Shown: positions 9,411 through 19,567 of the stretch, in pieces
Numbering within the stretch: position 1 is the stretch's first letter
Layout: each line of letters starts with the position of its first letter
Assembly (NCBI GenBank): GCA_005788035.1
Contig: SXZI01000063.1
Location: forward strand, 27,220 to 91,219
DNA length: 64,000 nucleotides
Direction of reading: 5' to 3'
Origin: Bacteroidota bacterium
GTDB taxonomy: Bacteria > Bacteroidota > Ignavibacteria > Kapaibacteriales > UBA961
Position numbers and translations under genes: made by a program
The notes under the pieces: model-generated
Told to the model about the DNA's origin: nothing
The model's input: only the letters and a program-made list of their open reading frames with translations
The model's database searches: none

Positions 9411-10262
9411 ATGAATATCATGGTAATCGGCGCAGGTACGATGGGAAATGGTATAGCTCATGTTTGCGCACAAAATGGACATACCGTATCATTAGTTGAT
9501 ATTAATGATACAGCTTTGCAAAAAGGTTTGTCGACGATTTCGGCTAATCTAGATAGACAAGTAAAAAAAGAATTGTTGACTTCTGAAGAAAAAACAGCCA
9601 TCATAGGAAGAATAACAACTACAACAGATTTGAAGAAAGCAGCTTCTACTGCAAATCTTATCATAGAAGCTGCATCTGAAAAACAACAAGTTAAAGTTTC
9701 ATTGTTTCAGGCTGCTCAGCAATCCGCCCCAGCTGATTGCATATTTGCATCAAATACTTCATCGATTTCCATAACTGAATTAGGTTCAGCAACAGATAGA
9801 CCAGATAAATTTATTGGTATGCATTTCTTCAACCCGGTACCGGTCATGAAATTATGCGAAATCGTAAGAGGATATGCAACTTCAGATGAAACATATCATA
9901 CTATTTTTGAACTTGCAAAGCAACTAGGGAAAGTGCCTGTCACTGTACAAGATTATCCTGGATTCATTTCTAATAGAATTCTTATGCCTATGATCAATGA
10001 AGCAATTTATTGCTTAATGGAAGGAATAGCTTCTATTGAAGATATTGATACAGTGATGAAACTTGGTATGGCTCATCCTATGGGTCCATTGACACTAGCT
10101 GACTTCATTGGTCTTGACGTATGCTTGTCAATCATGGAAGTTCTACATTCAGGTTTGGGAGATAGTAAATATCGTGCCTGTCCACTATTACGCAAGATGG
10201 TTGCTGCAGGACATTTAGGGCGTAAAACAGGAAAAGGTTTCTACGACTATACACAATCTTAA
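9411..10262 (+). CDS. 3-hydroxyacyl-CoA / 3-hydroxybutyryl-CoA dehydrogenase (paralog 2).
   Basis: [30 protein letters not shown] and GFISNRIL motifs. Tandem with paralog 1. Confidence 0.8.
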   Translation: MNIMVIGAGTMGNGIAHVCAQNGHTVSLVDINDTALQKGLSTISANLDRQVKKELLTSEEKTAIIGRITTTTDLKKAASTANLIIEAASEKQQVKVSLFQAAQQSAPADCIFASNTSSISITELGSATDRPDKFIGMHFFNPVPVMKLCEIVRGYATSDETYHTIFELAKQLGKVPVTVQDYPGFISNRILMPMINEAIYCLMEGIASIEDIDTVMKLGMAHPMGPLTLADFIGLDVCLSIMEVLHSGLGDSKYRACPLLRKMVAAGHLGRKTGKGFYDYTQS

Positions 10263-10699
10263 TGAAAGCAATAGTCCAAAGAGTATCTTCATCATCAGTT
10301 AGGATCAATGGTGGTATCCATGCTAATATTGATCACGGTATATGCGTTTTGGTGGGTTACTGCAAAGGTGATAATGAGTCAGTAAATATATGGTTTGTTG
10401 AAAAACTCTTAGGACTACGAATTTTCGAAGATGATCATAATAAAATGAATTTGTCATTACAAGATATTCAAGGATCTATTTTAGTTATCCCAAATTTTAC
10501 TTTGTGTGCTGATACACAAAAAGGGCATAGACCTAGTTTTTTTGGAGCTGAATCACCAGAACAAGCAGAACAATTGTATCATCATTTGTTAACTACATTG
10601 ACCAATAAATACACGAATGTGCAATCTGGTGTTTTTAGAGCAGATATGAGCGTTGAAATACAGAATAATGGTCCGGTTACTCTCATTTTCGAACATTAA
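10262..10699 (+). CDS. dtd: D-aminoacyl-tRNA deacylase.
   Basis: [17 protein letters not shown] start, C-terminal ...DMSVEIQNNGPVTLIFEH typical of Dtd. 145 aa. Confidence 0.8.
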   Translation: MKAIVQRVSSSSVRINGGIHANIDHGICVLVGYCKGDNESVNIWFVEKLLGLRIFEDDHNKMNLSLQDIQGSILVIPNFTLCADTQKGHRPSFFGAESPEQAEQLYHHLLTTLTNKYTNVQSGVFRADMSVEIQNNGPVTLIFEH

Positions 10700-10702
10700 T
10701 CA

Positions 10703-11716
10703 ATGACTGAACATTTACATCATGATTTTACACTTTCAACGGGTTTTAAAACTCCCATTCTAATTGAGAGATATTTTGTCGTTAATGACCAGACTGATAG
10801 CTCCTTGTTTACTGATCAAATAGCGAAATACAATCCTCATATCATTGGTGATGCAACAAATTATCTATTTGTTTCAGAATCATTAAAAAGTGCAATTACT
10901 TACTCGGGCAATAGTGTATCCATTCTTTCAGATTATGACACACATGCTATAATACGTAGTGAAGCGGGTAAAAATTGGCATGAATTCGTCATGGAAATGC
11001 TGAATATGCATTTATATGGTATAGAGAATCTTGCACTCATTCCAGGAACAATAGGAGCTGCTCCGGTTCAGAATATCGGAGCATATGGAAAAGAAGTTGC
11101 TGATACTATCTTATCAGTTCATTGCTTGAATGTATCTACAGGCGAGAAATATGTATTTTCAAAAGATGAATGTCAATTTTCCTATCGTAGTAGCATATTC
11201 AAGAAGCATGATTATTCCAACTTGTTAATTACACATGTTGATTTCATTCTCAGTAAAGTTCAATCTCCGAAAGCAGATTATCCTGATGTTGAAACATTTT
11301 TCATTGAAAAACAGATTACCAATCCTTCTTCTCATGATATAGCACAAGCAATCATAGCTATCAGAAGAATTAAATTACCGGATCCCCAAATTATTGGAAA
11401 TGCAGGTAGTTTTTTCAAAAATCCTGTTATTTCTATTGAAACATTTCAATCCCTCTTATTAGAATATCCAACATTGCCTTCTTATCCTGTAGATGACCTT
11501 AATGTAAAGATTCCTGCCGGATGGTTAATTGATAATTCTGGATACAAAGGATTCCGCTATAAAGGTGCTGGAGTACATGATAAGCAAGCCCTAGTTCTTA
11601 TTAATTCACATAATGCAACTGGTCGCGATATATATGAATTGTCTCTATTGATTCAACATAATATTCATCAACGATTTGGAATCATGCTGGAACCTGAAGT
11701 CAATATTCTATTGTGA
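10703..11716 (+). CDS. murB: UDP-N-acetylenolpyruvoylglucosamine reductase.
   Basis: FAD-binding motif NLALIPGTIGAAPVQNIGAYGKEV. Length 337 aa. Confidence 0.85.
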   Translation: MTEHLHHDFTLSTGFKTPILIERYFVVNDQTDSSLFTDQIAKYNPHIIGDATNYLFVSESLKSAITYSGNSVSILSDYDTHAIIRSEAGKNWHEFVMEMLNMHLYGIENLALIPGTIGAAPVQNIGAYGKEVADTILSVHCLNVSTGEKYVFSKDECQFSYRSSIFKKHDYSNLLITHVDFILSKVQSPKADYPDVETFFIEKQITNPSSHDIAQAIIAIRRIKLPDPQIIGNAGSFFKNPVISIETFQSLLLEYPTLPSYPVDDLNVKIPAGWLIDNSGYKGFRYKGAGVHDKQALVLINSHNATGRDIYELSLLIQHNIHQRFGIMLEPEVNILL

Positions 11717-11723
11717 GTTTAAG

Positions 11724-12878
11724 ATGAAAGTATTAAAATTCGGTGGTGCTGTTCTCAATCGAGAAAATGGTTTTTTGTCGATGGTTGATATTATAAAACA
11801 AAGAACTGATAAATGCATCATTGTCATCTCCGCTTTTTCAGACATAACAAGATCTCTTGATTCATCAATGCAATTAGCTCTTAATGGAAATATTGAATCA
11901 GCCATGAATATCATTGATGATGTAATTACTTATCATAAGAATTTAACATCATCATTATCATTATCAGCAGGCCCTTTAGAAGAGGTTATTTATCGAATAG
12001 AGTTATTACTGAAGAGATTGTTAAAAGGTATATCATTGACAGGGGAAATAAGTGCTAAAACACGTGATCTATTTCTTTCACAGGGCGAAGAAATAGCGGT
12101 TATCTTTATACAGCAATTATTTCATTCAAAAAATATCAAATCTCATTTACTTGATGCTCGTAAGATAATTATTACCAATAGTGAGCACGGCCATGCCAAA
12201 CCAATTGATTATCATATACAATACAAATTGCAAGAAGATGTGTTTCCTTTGTTTGAAAAGCATGATGTAATGATAATTGCCGGATTCATTGGTTCAAATG
12301 AACATGGCGAAGTAACTACTATGGGGTATGAAAGCTCAAATTTGACTGCTTCTGTTTTAGGTAGCTTATTAAACGCCGATGAAATTCAAATATGGACTAA
12401 TGTAGCAGGAATAAGAAGTGTTGATCCCAAACTCTGTGATAATAATATCCCCATTCGTAATATATCATTCAATCTTGCTCATGTTTTGGCTAATCATGGT
12501 TCCAAATTATTGCATCATTGGATGATTGAATTACCAAATAAATATAATATTCCTGTCACTATACGTAATGCTTATGATAAGAATGGTGAGTTTACAATCA
12601 TAAATGATGAAGAAATGTCATCCATTCCAACAATATTCATTGTATCTGATAACATACCTTTACATTCTCAAACATTACTTACAATCATAACAACAAATAC
12701 AAACATAATTAAATCTCTATATGAGTATTGCTCAAGCAAAGTAGATAATAATCAAATTCAACTTTCGACATATGTTACACCTTATCTCCATACTTTGTTA
12801 ATGAATCATTCATTAGTTCAAGATATAATTGATAGGTTACATATTTTCATTGAGGACAGACATGAAACATCATCATGA
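11724..12878 (+). CDS. Aspartate kinase family protein (amino-acid kinase fold); divergent.
   Basis: MKVLKFGGAVL and IIVISAFSDITRSL match the KFGG[ST]S / VVSAxxxxTD pattern. The second ATP/aspartate motif is degenerate, so the assignment is to the family only. Confidence 0.55.
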   Translation: MKVLKFGGAVLNRENGFLSMVDIIKQRTDKCIIVISAFSDITRSLDSSMQLALNGNIESAMNIIDDVITYHKNLTSSLSLSAGPLEEVIYRIELLLKRLLKGISLTGEISAKTRDLFLSQGEEIAVIFIQQLFHSKNIKSHLLDARKIIITNSEHGHAKPIDYHIQYKLQEDVFPLFEKHDVMIIAGFIGSNEHGEVTTMGYESSNLTASVLGSLLNADEIQIWTNVAGIRSVDPKLCDNNIPIRNISFNLAHVLANHGSKLLHHWMIELPNKYNIPVTIRNAYDKNGEFTIINDEEMSSIPTIFIVSDNIPLHSQTLLTIITTNTNIIKSLYEYCSSKVDNNQIQLSTYVTPYLHTLLMNHSLVQDIIDRLHIFIEDRHETSS

Positions 12879-13095
12879 ATCACCTGATCGAGCTACAATG
12901 CCAATTCAGGGTAATACGTATACTGTTAGCAGAGAAGGGAAGCAATTGTTTACTGCGATAATTCAGGAATACAAACCGGCTTCATGTTGGGCGGAAGTTG
13001 AAGTAGTAGAGGCAAAAACAGGGTATGAAGAATATTATCCATTGAAATCAAAGATGAGGTTAAAAGTAGCTATGTATTCTTTTCAACAAGATTAA
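12862..13095 (+). CDS. Small hypothetical protein (about 77 aa).
   Basis: An ORF only; overlaps the lysC-like stop. No recognisable motif. Confidence 0.25.
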   Translation: MKHHHESPDRATMPIQGNTYTVSREGKQLFTAIIQEYKPASCWAEVEVVEAKTGYEEYYPLKSKMRLKVAMYSFQQD

Positions 13096-13097
13096 CA

Positions 13098-13727
13098 TTA
13101 CATACTATTTATAAAGGAATCAACAATTGAGCATACTTGGAGTCGAATAGATTCTACTTCTTCATTAGCTTGAATGACAAATATTTTACGATTAGCTTCT
13201 TCAGCTATTTTTAAATATCCTTCTCTTGTTTTCTTGAAGAAATCTTCACCGGATTGTTCCATCCGATCAGGAGATGATTTCTTATTGGTAGAACGAAAAC
13301 CAGCCCTCAAAGCTGCATCTTCAACAGGTATATCAAAGATAAATGTAATATCCGGTACCAGTCCGTTTGTTGCAAAATCATTAATCACTTGAATGTCGTC
13401 TATAGGCAATCCTCTCCCATATCCTTGATATGCAACAGAGGAATCAATATATCTGTCACATATAACGATAGATCCTTGTATTAGAGCTGGTCGAATTACT
13501 TTGCTAACTAATTGAGCTCTTGCTGCTGTAAATAGCAATAATTCACTTCTTGGATCAATCTCTTCTTTTGAATCAAGCAATAATGTTCGAATCTGCTCTG
13601 ATACAATATTACCACCCGGTTCACGCAACACAAGTACTTTATGTTTTTTCTCTTCTAACCATTCTTTTAGAAAAGTTATCTGTGTTGATTTACCACTTCC
13701 GTCTATTCCTTCAAATGTAATAAACAT
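13098..13727 (-). CDS. tmk: Thymidylate kinase.
   Basis: P-loop MFITFEGIDGSGKSTQ, DRY motif (CDRYIDSS). Confidence 0.85.
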   Translation of the reverse strand: MFITFEGIDGSGKSTQITFLKEWLEEKKHKVLVLREPGGNIVSEQIRTLLLDSKEEIDPRSELLLFTAARAQLVSKVIRPALIQGSIVICDRYIDSSVAYQGYGRGLPIDDIQVINDFATNGLVPDITFIFDIPVEDAALRAGFRSTNKKSSPDRMEQSGEDFFKKTREGYLKIAEEANRKIFVIQANEEVESIRLQVCSIVDSFINSM

Positions 13728-13729
13728 AA

Positions 13730-14431
13730 TCAGTAACTCCCGGAAATAATCAATACAAATTCACCCTTTGCAGGACTCTCTTGGAGTGCTTCAAGAATTT
13801 CTTTTGGAAGTCCTCTATATGATTGCTCGTATTTTTTTGTGAGCTCTCTAATTAAATACATTGATCTAACTTGTAATTGAGAATGATTATTAAGTTCTTC
13901 CATCAAATTCATTATTCTATGTGGACTTTCGTAAACAATGATAGTATGTTTAATATTAGCCAGCTTATCAATAAACATAGACCTTCCTTTTTTATGAGGT
14001 GGGAAACCCATGAAAGTCCATTCATCGGATGAAAAACCACTTTGCAATAATGCTGGTATCAAAGCAGTAGATCCGGGTAACACATGATAAGGTATATCCT
14101 CTTCAATTGCAGTTTGAATAAGTATACTTCCAGGATCTGAAATACCAGGCGTTCCTGCATCAGAGACATAACATACTCTGAGACCTTTTTTTACTTCAGA
14201 ACATAAATAGATACTTGCTTCTTTCTCATTATGTTCTCTACATGAATATAATCTTTGTGGAGTGATAGAATATTGTTTGAGCAATTGTCCGGTGACTCGC
14301 GTATCTTCACAGGCTATTATTTCAGCAGTTGAGAGTAAACGCAAAGCTCTAATGGTCATATCTTCAAGATTACCAATTGGGGTTGGAAGCAGATATAATC
14401 CCGGTTCATATATGGATTGTTCTTTATTCAA
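13730..14431 (-). CDS. rsmI: 16S rRNA (cytidine1402-2'-O)-methyltransferase.
   Basis: Tetrapyrrole-methylase-fold N-terminus LYLLPTPIGNLEDMTIRALRLL typical of RsmI. Confidence 0.8.
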   Translation of the reverse strand: MNKEQSIYEPGLYLLPTPIGNLEDMTIRALRLLSTAEIIACEDTRVTGQLLKQYSITPQRLYSCREHNEKEASIYLCSEVKKGLRVCYVSDAGTPGISDPGSILIQTAIEEDIPYHVLPGSTALIPALLQSGFSSDEWTFMGFPPHKKGRSMFIDKLANIKHTIIVYESPHRIMNLMEELNNHSQLQVRSMYLIRELTKKYEQSYRGLPKEILEALQESPAKGEFVLIISGSY

Positions 14432-14922
14432 GATATTTTCGTTGATTGCGTTTTAATAATATCTCCTTTACGAAGATCCCTAAAAAATGATTGAATCAAG
14501 CTTGAACACTCAAGTTCTAAAGTTCCAAAATGAATCATGCATCTATGATTTAGTCTTGTGTCAGTTAACAATTCATACAAAGACGTCACGGCTCCTGATT
14601 TTGCATCTTTACAAGCAATATACACATTAGGAATCCGAGCTAAAATGATTGCTCCTGCACACATTGAACAAGGCTCAAGAGTAACGTATAATGAACAATC
14701 ATGCAATCTTCTGGACTTCAATTTTGCTGACGCTTCTTGAATTACAAGTAATTCCGCATGAAATAGCGGATTTTGTTCACGTTCTGTTAGATTATGTGCT
14801 TTAGCGATGATCTTATCATCATGAACAATGACCGCACCAATTGGAACTTCTCCTAAATCATAGGCTTTTTTGGCTTCATTCAAAGCTTCTTGCATGAAAG
14901 ATATGCGTAATTGATCATTCAC
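14428..14922 (-). CDS. tadA: tRNA-specific adenosine deaminase.
   Basis: CDA zinc motifs HAELLVIQEA and TLEPCSMCAGAI. Confidence 0.85.
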   Translation of the reverse strand: MNDQLRISFMQEALNEAKKAYDLGEVPIGAVIVHDDKIIAKAHNLTEREQNPLFHAELLVIQEASAKLKSRRLHDCSLYVTLEPCSMCAGAIILARIPNVYIACKDAKSGAVTSLYELLTDTRLNHRCMIHFGTLELECSSLIQSFFRDLRKGDIIKTQSTKIS

Positions 14923-15704
14923 AATAATTGAATCCCTAAATGATCCGGGTAGTGTACCTTTTCCAATACCAATCCTTCAGGAGAGGCCAATGGAGCCCTT
15001 TTTCTAGTTGATATTCTTTCAGGTTTATGTAGTAACTGTATGATTTCGTCACTTGAAAGAGTGCCTCTTGAATATTCTAGCATTGCACCAACTATTGAGC
15101 GAACCATCCCATAAACAAATCTATTAGCACCAATGCGTAAAATAAATGTTGAATCATTTATTTGTTGCCATGCGCAATGTTTAACATTGCAAATATAGGA
15201 GAGTGTAGAAGGATTATTCTTTGAAAATGAAGTGAAATCATGTTCTCCGACAAAGAGTTCATTTGATGTTATTAACTTTTCGATAGAGAACGGATAAGGA
15301 TAATATGTAGCGAAATGTCGTTCAAAAACAGATTCATGATTAGTGAATGTATAAGAATACTCTCTATAGACAGCATCTCTAGTGCAATGAAAAGATGCAT
15401 CAGCCAAACAATGAGATAAAATTCGTACATCGTTGGGAAGCCTACTATTTATTGCTTTGACTATTTTAGATTCTGGAACAGAGAATACTTCATTGGTTGT
15501 CTTGAAATGAGCTACTTGACCTTTTGCATGAACTCCAGCATCGGTTCTGCCTGAACCCAATACATGAATTTCATGTCCGGTTAAACGATACAAAGCCTGT
15601 TCTATAGCATGTTGAATAGACAAACCATTTTTTTGTCTTTGCCAGCCTGAATAGTTGGTTCCATCATATTCAACTTTCAGTACATGTGTAATTCGTTTTG
15701 ACAT
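14919..15704 (-). CDS. truA: tRNA pseudouridine(38-40) synthase.
   Basis: GWQRQ and GSGRTDAGVHA catalytic Asp motif. Confidence 0.85.
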   Translation of the reverse strand: MSKRITHVLKVEYDGTNYSGWQRQKNGLSIQHAIEQALYRLTGHEIHVLGSGRTDAGVHAKGQVAHFKTTNEVFSVPESKIVKAINSRLPNDVRILSHCLADASFHCTRDAVYREYSYTFTNHESVFERHFATYYPYPFSIEKLITSNELFVGEHDFTSFSKNNPSTLSYICNVKHCAWQQINDSTFILRIGANRFVYGMVRSIVGAMLEYSRGTLSSDEIIQLLHKPERISTRKRAPLASPEGLVLEKVHYPDHLGIQLL

Positions 15705-15710
15705 ACTCTA

Positions 15711-17048
15711 TCATATGACTGATAATTGAATATAGCCATTGTTTAGTTGAGGATCTTCAAGTAATGTTGAAGTCACTGTTCCTGATACATGATCATACTG
15801 CTCAAGGTGAACTGCATATGGTTGCATATTCAAGAATTGCGTACCTGAGAATTGAACACGAACATAGTTCTCAGTCCATCCTCTCCAAAAACCAGTTGAT
15901 TCATCAAATGATTCAGGAATAACTTTGTGAGAAGATCCGATTTGTGATTCATAAAAAACGCGTCGTTTTGCATCTGACAATGCTCGCAATCGTGCATTTC
16001 GTAGTTTACGTATTCTCATAGGTATTGAATCATCATAATTGGCAGCCGGTGTATTGTCCCTTTCAGAATATGTAAATACGTGTAGATAAGAAAAGGGGAG
16101 CTGTTCAATAAATGTGAATGTCTCTTCATATTCTTGATCTGTTTCTCCAGGAAAACCAACAATAACATCAGCACCTATACATGCATGAGGCATCAACTGT
16201 TTACAAAGAATGAGATTGTCATAATATGAGGATATTTTATACCTACGTTTCATTCTCTTCAGAACTGATTGAGAACCACTTTGCAATGGCATATGCAAAT
16301 GAGGAACAATCTTATTAGATGAGGCTATCAATCTTAATATTAATTCATTAACAAGATTAGGTTCAATCGAACCAATTCGGAAACGAGCTTTTGTATCAAG
16401 AGATTCTATAAGATGCAATACATCAATAAATGAAGAATCATCATGAGAATAATCACCAAGATTAATTCCAGATAGAATGATTTCGTGATATTCTTGTTCT
16501 TCCAATTGCCTAATTCTATTGGGTATCTCTGAAATATCTATACTTCTGCTTTTTCCTCTTGCCAATGGAATAGTGCAGAAACTACAACTATAATCACAAC
16601 CATCCTGAATCTTCAAAAAGGCTCGTGTTCTGCTATCTTCATCAGCTGATTGTGAAAAGGAAAATATTGCATCATCAACAGATGAAACATGTAGCTCAGG
16701 TTTATTTCTTTTTGAATAATCAGATATTATTTCATCAATGCGAAGTTTATCGGATGTTCCAATAACAGCATCAACACCTGGTATGGATGCTATTTCATGA
16801 GATTTTAATTGTGCATAGCAACCAGTTACGCCAATGAAAGCTTCCGGTGAGACTTGCTGTATTTTCCTGATAATTTTGCGACATTCAGTATCGGCATTTT
16901 CAGTCACTGTGCAAGTATTAATAATAACAGCATCAGTTTCATTCCCAAAAGGAACAATTTCATGTCCCAATTTTTCATATTGATCTCGCAACTGAGACGT
17001 TTCTGAATAATTGAGTTTGCAACCTAGGGTATGAAAAGAAATTCGCAT
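15711..17048 (-). CDS. mtaB: Radical-SAM methylthiotransferase, MtaB-type (tRNA t6A37 methylthiotransferase).
   Basis: MTTase N-domain FHTLGCKLNYSETS. Radical SAM CDYSCSFC. Has a TRAM-like C-terminus. Confidence 0.75.
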   Translation of the reverse strand: MRISFHTLGCKLNYSETSQLRDQYEKLGHEIVPFGNETDAVIINTCTVTENADTECRKIIRKIQQVSPEAFIGVTGCYAQLKSHEIASIPGVDAVIGTSDKLRIDEIISDYSKRNKPELHVSSVDDAIFSFSQSADEDSRTRAFLKIQDGCDYSCSFCTIPLARGKSRSIDISEIPNRIRQLEEQEYHEIILSGINLGDYSHDDSSFIDVLHLIESLDTKARFRIGSIEPNLVNELILRLIASSNKIVPHLHMPLQSGSQSVLKRMKRRYKISSYYDNLILCKQLMPHACIGADVIVGFPGETDQEYEETFTFIEQLPFSYLHVFTYSERDNTPAANYDDSIPMRIRKLRNARLRALSDAKRRVFYESQIGSSHKVIPESFDESTGFWRGWTENYVRVQFSGTQFLNMQPYAVHLEQYDHVSGTVTSTLLEDPQLNNGYIQLSVI

Positions 17049-17104
17049 TTTATGTAGTTTAGAGTTATACTTTACACAAAATACGGAATTATGGAGACCC
17101 TTCC

Positions 17105-17518
17105 ATGAAGATGGATATCATTGGTATGACATATACACTCGATTTTATCGTAAACCCTACCATGACAGCTAGATTAGATACTATTGAAATCCATAAAGTG
17201 TGTTCAACAGTCACTATGATTTACTTTGCCGAATTAGCTGCTAGGAAAGCCATAGAACCATATTTTGATCATCTAGAAAATGCTATAGGAGGGGGAATAA
17301 ACTTGGTACATAAAGGTATGGCTGCAATAGGGGAGAATGTGTCAATGACTGCTACTATCATGTCCTTCGACGGGAAAATCCTGATTTGCGACATTGAAGC
17401 AAAAATATCCGGATCGGATTTTATCCTATGCAAGGGTACACAAACCCAAATTGTACTCAATAAAGAGATTATCGAACAATTGATTAGTAATGCTTATAAA
17501 CGTACTAAATCACAATAA
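17105..17518 (+). CDS. Hotdog-fold acyl-CoA thioesterase, FlK (fluoroacetyl-CoA thioesterase)-like.
   Basis: Collinear similarity to FlK-type thioesterases: IGMTYTLDFIV ... EPYFDHLENAIGGGINLVHKGMAAIGENVSMTATIMSFDGK. Confidence 0.55.
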   Translation: MKMDIIGMTYTLDFIVNPTMTARLDTIEIHKVCSTVTMIYFAELAARKAIEPYFDHLENAIGGGINLVHKGMAAIGENVSMTATIMSFDGKILICDIEAKISGSDFILCKGTQTQIVLNKEIIEQLISNAYKRTKSQ

Positions 17519-18781
17519 ATATGATGATTTTTCCAACATTTCTCTATGAACAGGATGCGCGATATCAATCAATGCTTTGCATCGTTGTTTTATATTTTTT
17601 CCATATACATCTGCTATACCATATTCTGTGACGATATAATGAGCATGTGCTCGTGTTGTGACTATTCCTGCACCTTGTTTCAAGGTGGTGACTATTTTGC
17701 TTTCTCCATTCGCCGTTATTGAAGGCATGGCAATGATTGGCTTACCATTCTCTGAAAGAGAGGCTCCTCGAATGAAATCCATTTGCCCACCAACACCCGA
17801 ATAAATATGCCTTCCAATAGAATCAGCGCATATCTGCCCGGTAATATCAATTTCAATTGCACTGTTTATTGCAACTACATGCGGATTTCTGCGAATAACA
17901 TTTGTGTCATTTACATATGCAATATCCAAAAATACAACAGAAGGGTTGTCATTAACAAAATCATAAAGTTTCTTACTACCCATTACAAAACCGGTAACAA
18001 TTTTTCCAGGGTGTACAACTTTTTTACTTCCATCAATCACCCCTTTTTCAACCAAAGGAATCACACCATCAGAAAACATTTCCGTATGTATTCCCAAATA
18101 TCTATGATGTTTCAACGCAGACAAAACAGCATCCGGAATCGCACCAATACCCATTTGTAAGGTAGCACCATCTTCTATCAGTGAAGCTACATTATTTCCA
18201 ATTGTATCGTGTATGTCGGAATGAGGAGATACAAAATATTCAGGAAGAGGTGTATTGTGAATTACTCCAAAGTCTATGGAATCAATATGTATAATTCCAT
18301 CTCCATGTGTTCTTGGCATGTGTTCATTAATTTGAGCAATGATTATTTCAGCATGTTGTATAACAGACTTTGTAATGTCTACCGATATACCCAAAGAACA
18401 ATATCCATGAATATCAGGAGGAGAAACTTGAATCAATGCCACTTTCACAGGTAATATACCTTTCTTGAACAATTGAGGTACCTCACTAAGAAAGACAGGC
18501 ATATATTCAGCTCTACCTTCTGAAACTGCATCCCTTATATTTTCACCAACAAAAAAGGTATTTACAGTAAAATGGGGAGACATTTCAGGATCTGCATAAG
18601 GGGCAGGGCCTTCTGTATGCAATTGGACAATTTCGACTGTTTCCAAACGATGTGCATGTTCCATCATCCCATTAATTAAACATTGCGGTGCAGCAGCCAC
18701 ACTGTGAATAAAAACACGATCATGAGAATGAAGATTGGCTAAAGCTTCGAAAGCTGATGTCAATTGCATTTTTTGATCCAA
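17510..18781 (-). CDS. Acetyl-CoA hydrolase/transferase family protein (4-hydroxybutyrate/acetate CoA-transferase-like).
   Basis: 423 aa. Conserved C-terminal region GIADVYGKNIKQRCKALIDIAHPVHREMLE typical of Cat2/ScpC-type CoA-transferases. Confidence 0.75.
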   Translation of the reverse strand: MDQKMQLTSAFEALANLHSHDRVFIHSVAAAPQCLINGMMEHAHRLETVEIVQLHTEGPAPYADPEMSPHFTVNTFFVGENIRDAVSEGRAEYMPVFLSEVPQLFKKGILPVKVALIQVSPPDIHGYCSLGISVDITKSVIQHAEIIIAQINEHMPRTHGDGIIHIDSIDFGVIHNTPLPEYFVSPHSDIHDTIGNNVASLIEDGATLQMGIGAIPDAVLSALKHHRYLGIHTEMFSDGVIPLVEKGVIDGSKKVVHPGKIVTGFVMGSKKLYDFVNDNPSVVFLDIAYVNDTNVIRRNPHVVAINSAIEIDITGQICADSIGRHIYSGVGGQMDFIRGASLSENGKPIIAMPSITANGESKIVTTLKQGAGIVTTRAHAHYIVTEYGIADVYGKNIKQRCKALIDIAHPVHREMLEKSSYLL

Positions 18782-18877
18782 GTATGAGTATAAGTTGTAG
18801 TCAATTATGTAATTTTGAGATAAATTACAAAGAGATTTTCATCTCATAAGCATGCATACTGTTGTTAAGAGGAATAT

Positions 18878-19558
18878 ATGATTAAAGCTGTCATTTTTGA
18901 TCTAGATAATACCCTTGTGGATTTCATGGCAATGAAACAACAAGCAATTGATGCAGCAATAAATGCAATGATAGATGCAGGTCTAAATCTTACCAGCTCT
19001 CAATTGCAAGGCCATATCAAAACTATTTATGATGCTCAAGGAATTGAATATCAACGAGTCTTTGACGAACTTCTCACGCAGCAACTTGGATATTTGGATT
19101 ATCGTATTTTGTCTGCAGGTATTATTGCTTATAGAAGAGCAAGAGAGGCAGCACTCAAACCATATCCACATGTTACAGCCACATTAATGTCATTGGTAAA
19201 ATCAAATATAAAATTGGGTGTTGTTTCAGATGCTCCAGCAAGAGAAGCTTGGCTGAGATTATGCCACATTAATTATCATCATACATTTGATGCAGTTGTA
19301 ACCTATGATGATACAGGGGAAAGAAAACCGAGTCCGGTACCATTTCTTACAGCTTTAAAAAAGTTGGATATAGAACCTGAGCATGCAATTATGGTAGGAG
19401 ATTGGGTTGAACGTGACATGGTGGGCGCCAAAAATGTGGGAATGCATACCGCTTTTGCTCAATATGGTGATTCATTCGGCAATCAGGATGTAAAAGCTGA
19501 CTATATATTGGAGGACATTTCTCAATTGCTCAGCATAGTTGCCAATCATAATTCCTAA
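18878..19558 (+). CDS. HAD-superfamily hydrolase (subfamily IA).
   Basis: Motif I VIFDLDNTLVDF. Motif IV GDWVERDMVGAKNVG. Confidence 0.7.
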   Translation: MIKAVIFDLDNTLVDFMAMKQQAIDAAINAMIDAGLNLTSSQLQGHIKTIYDAQGIEYQRVFDELLTQQLGYLDYRILSAGIIAYRRAREAALKPYPHVTATLMSLVKSNIKLGVVSDAPAREAWLRLCHINYHHTFDAVVTYDDTGERKPSPVPFLTALKKLDIEPEHAIMVGDWVERDMVGAKNVGMHTAFAQYGDSFGNQDVKADYILEDISQLLSIVANHNS

Positions 19559-19567
19559 AATTGATTC

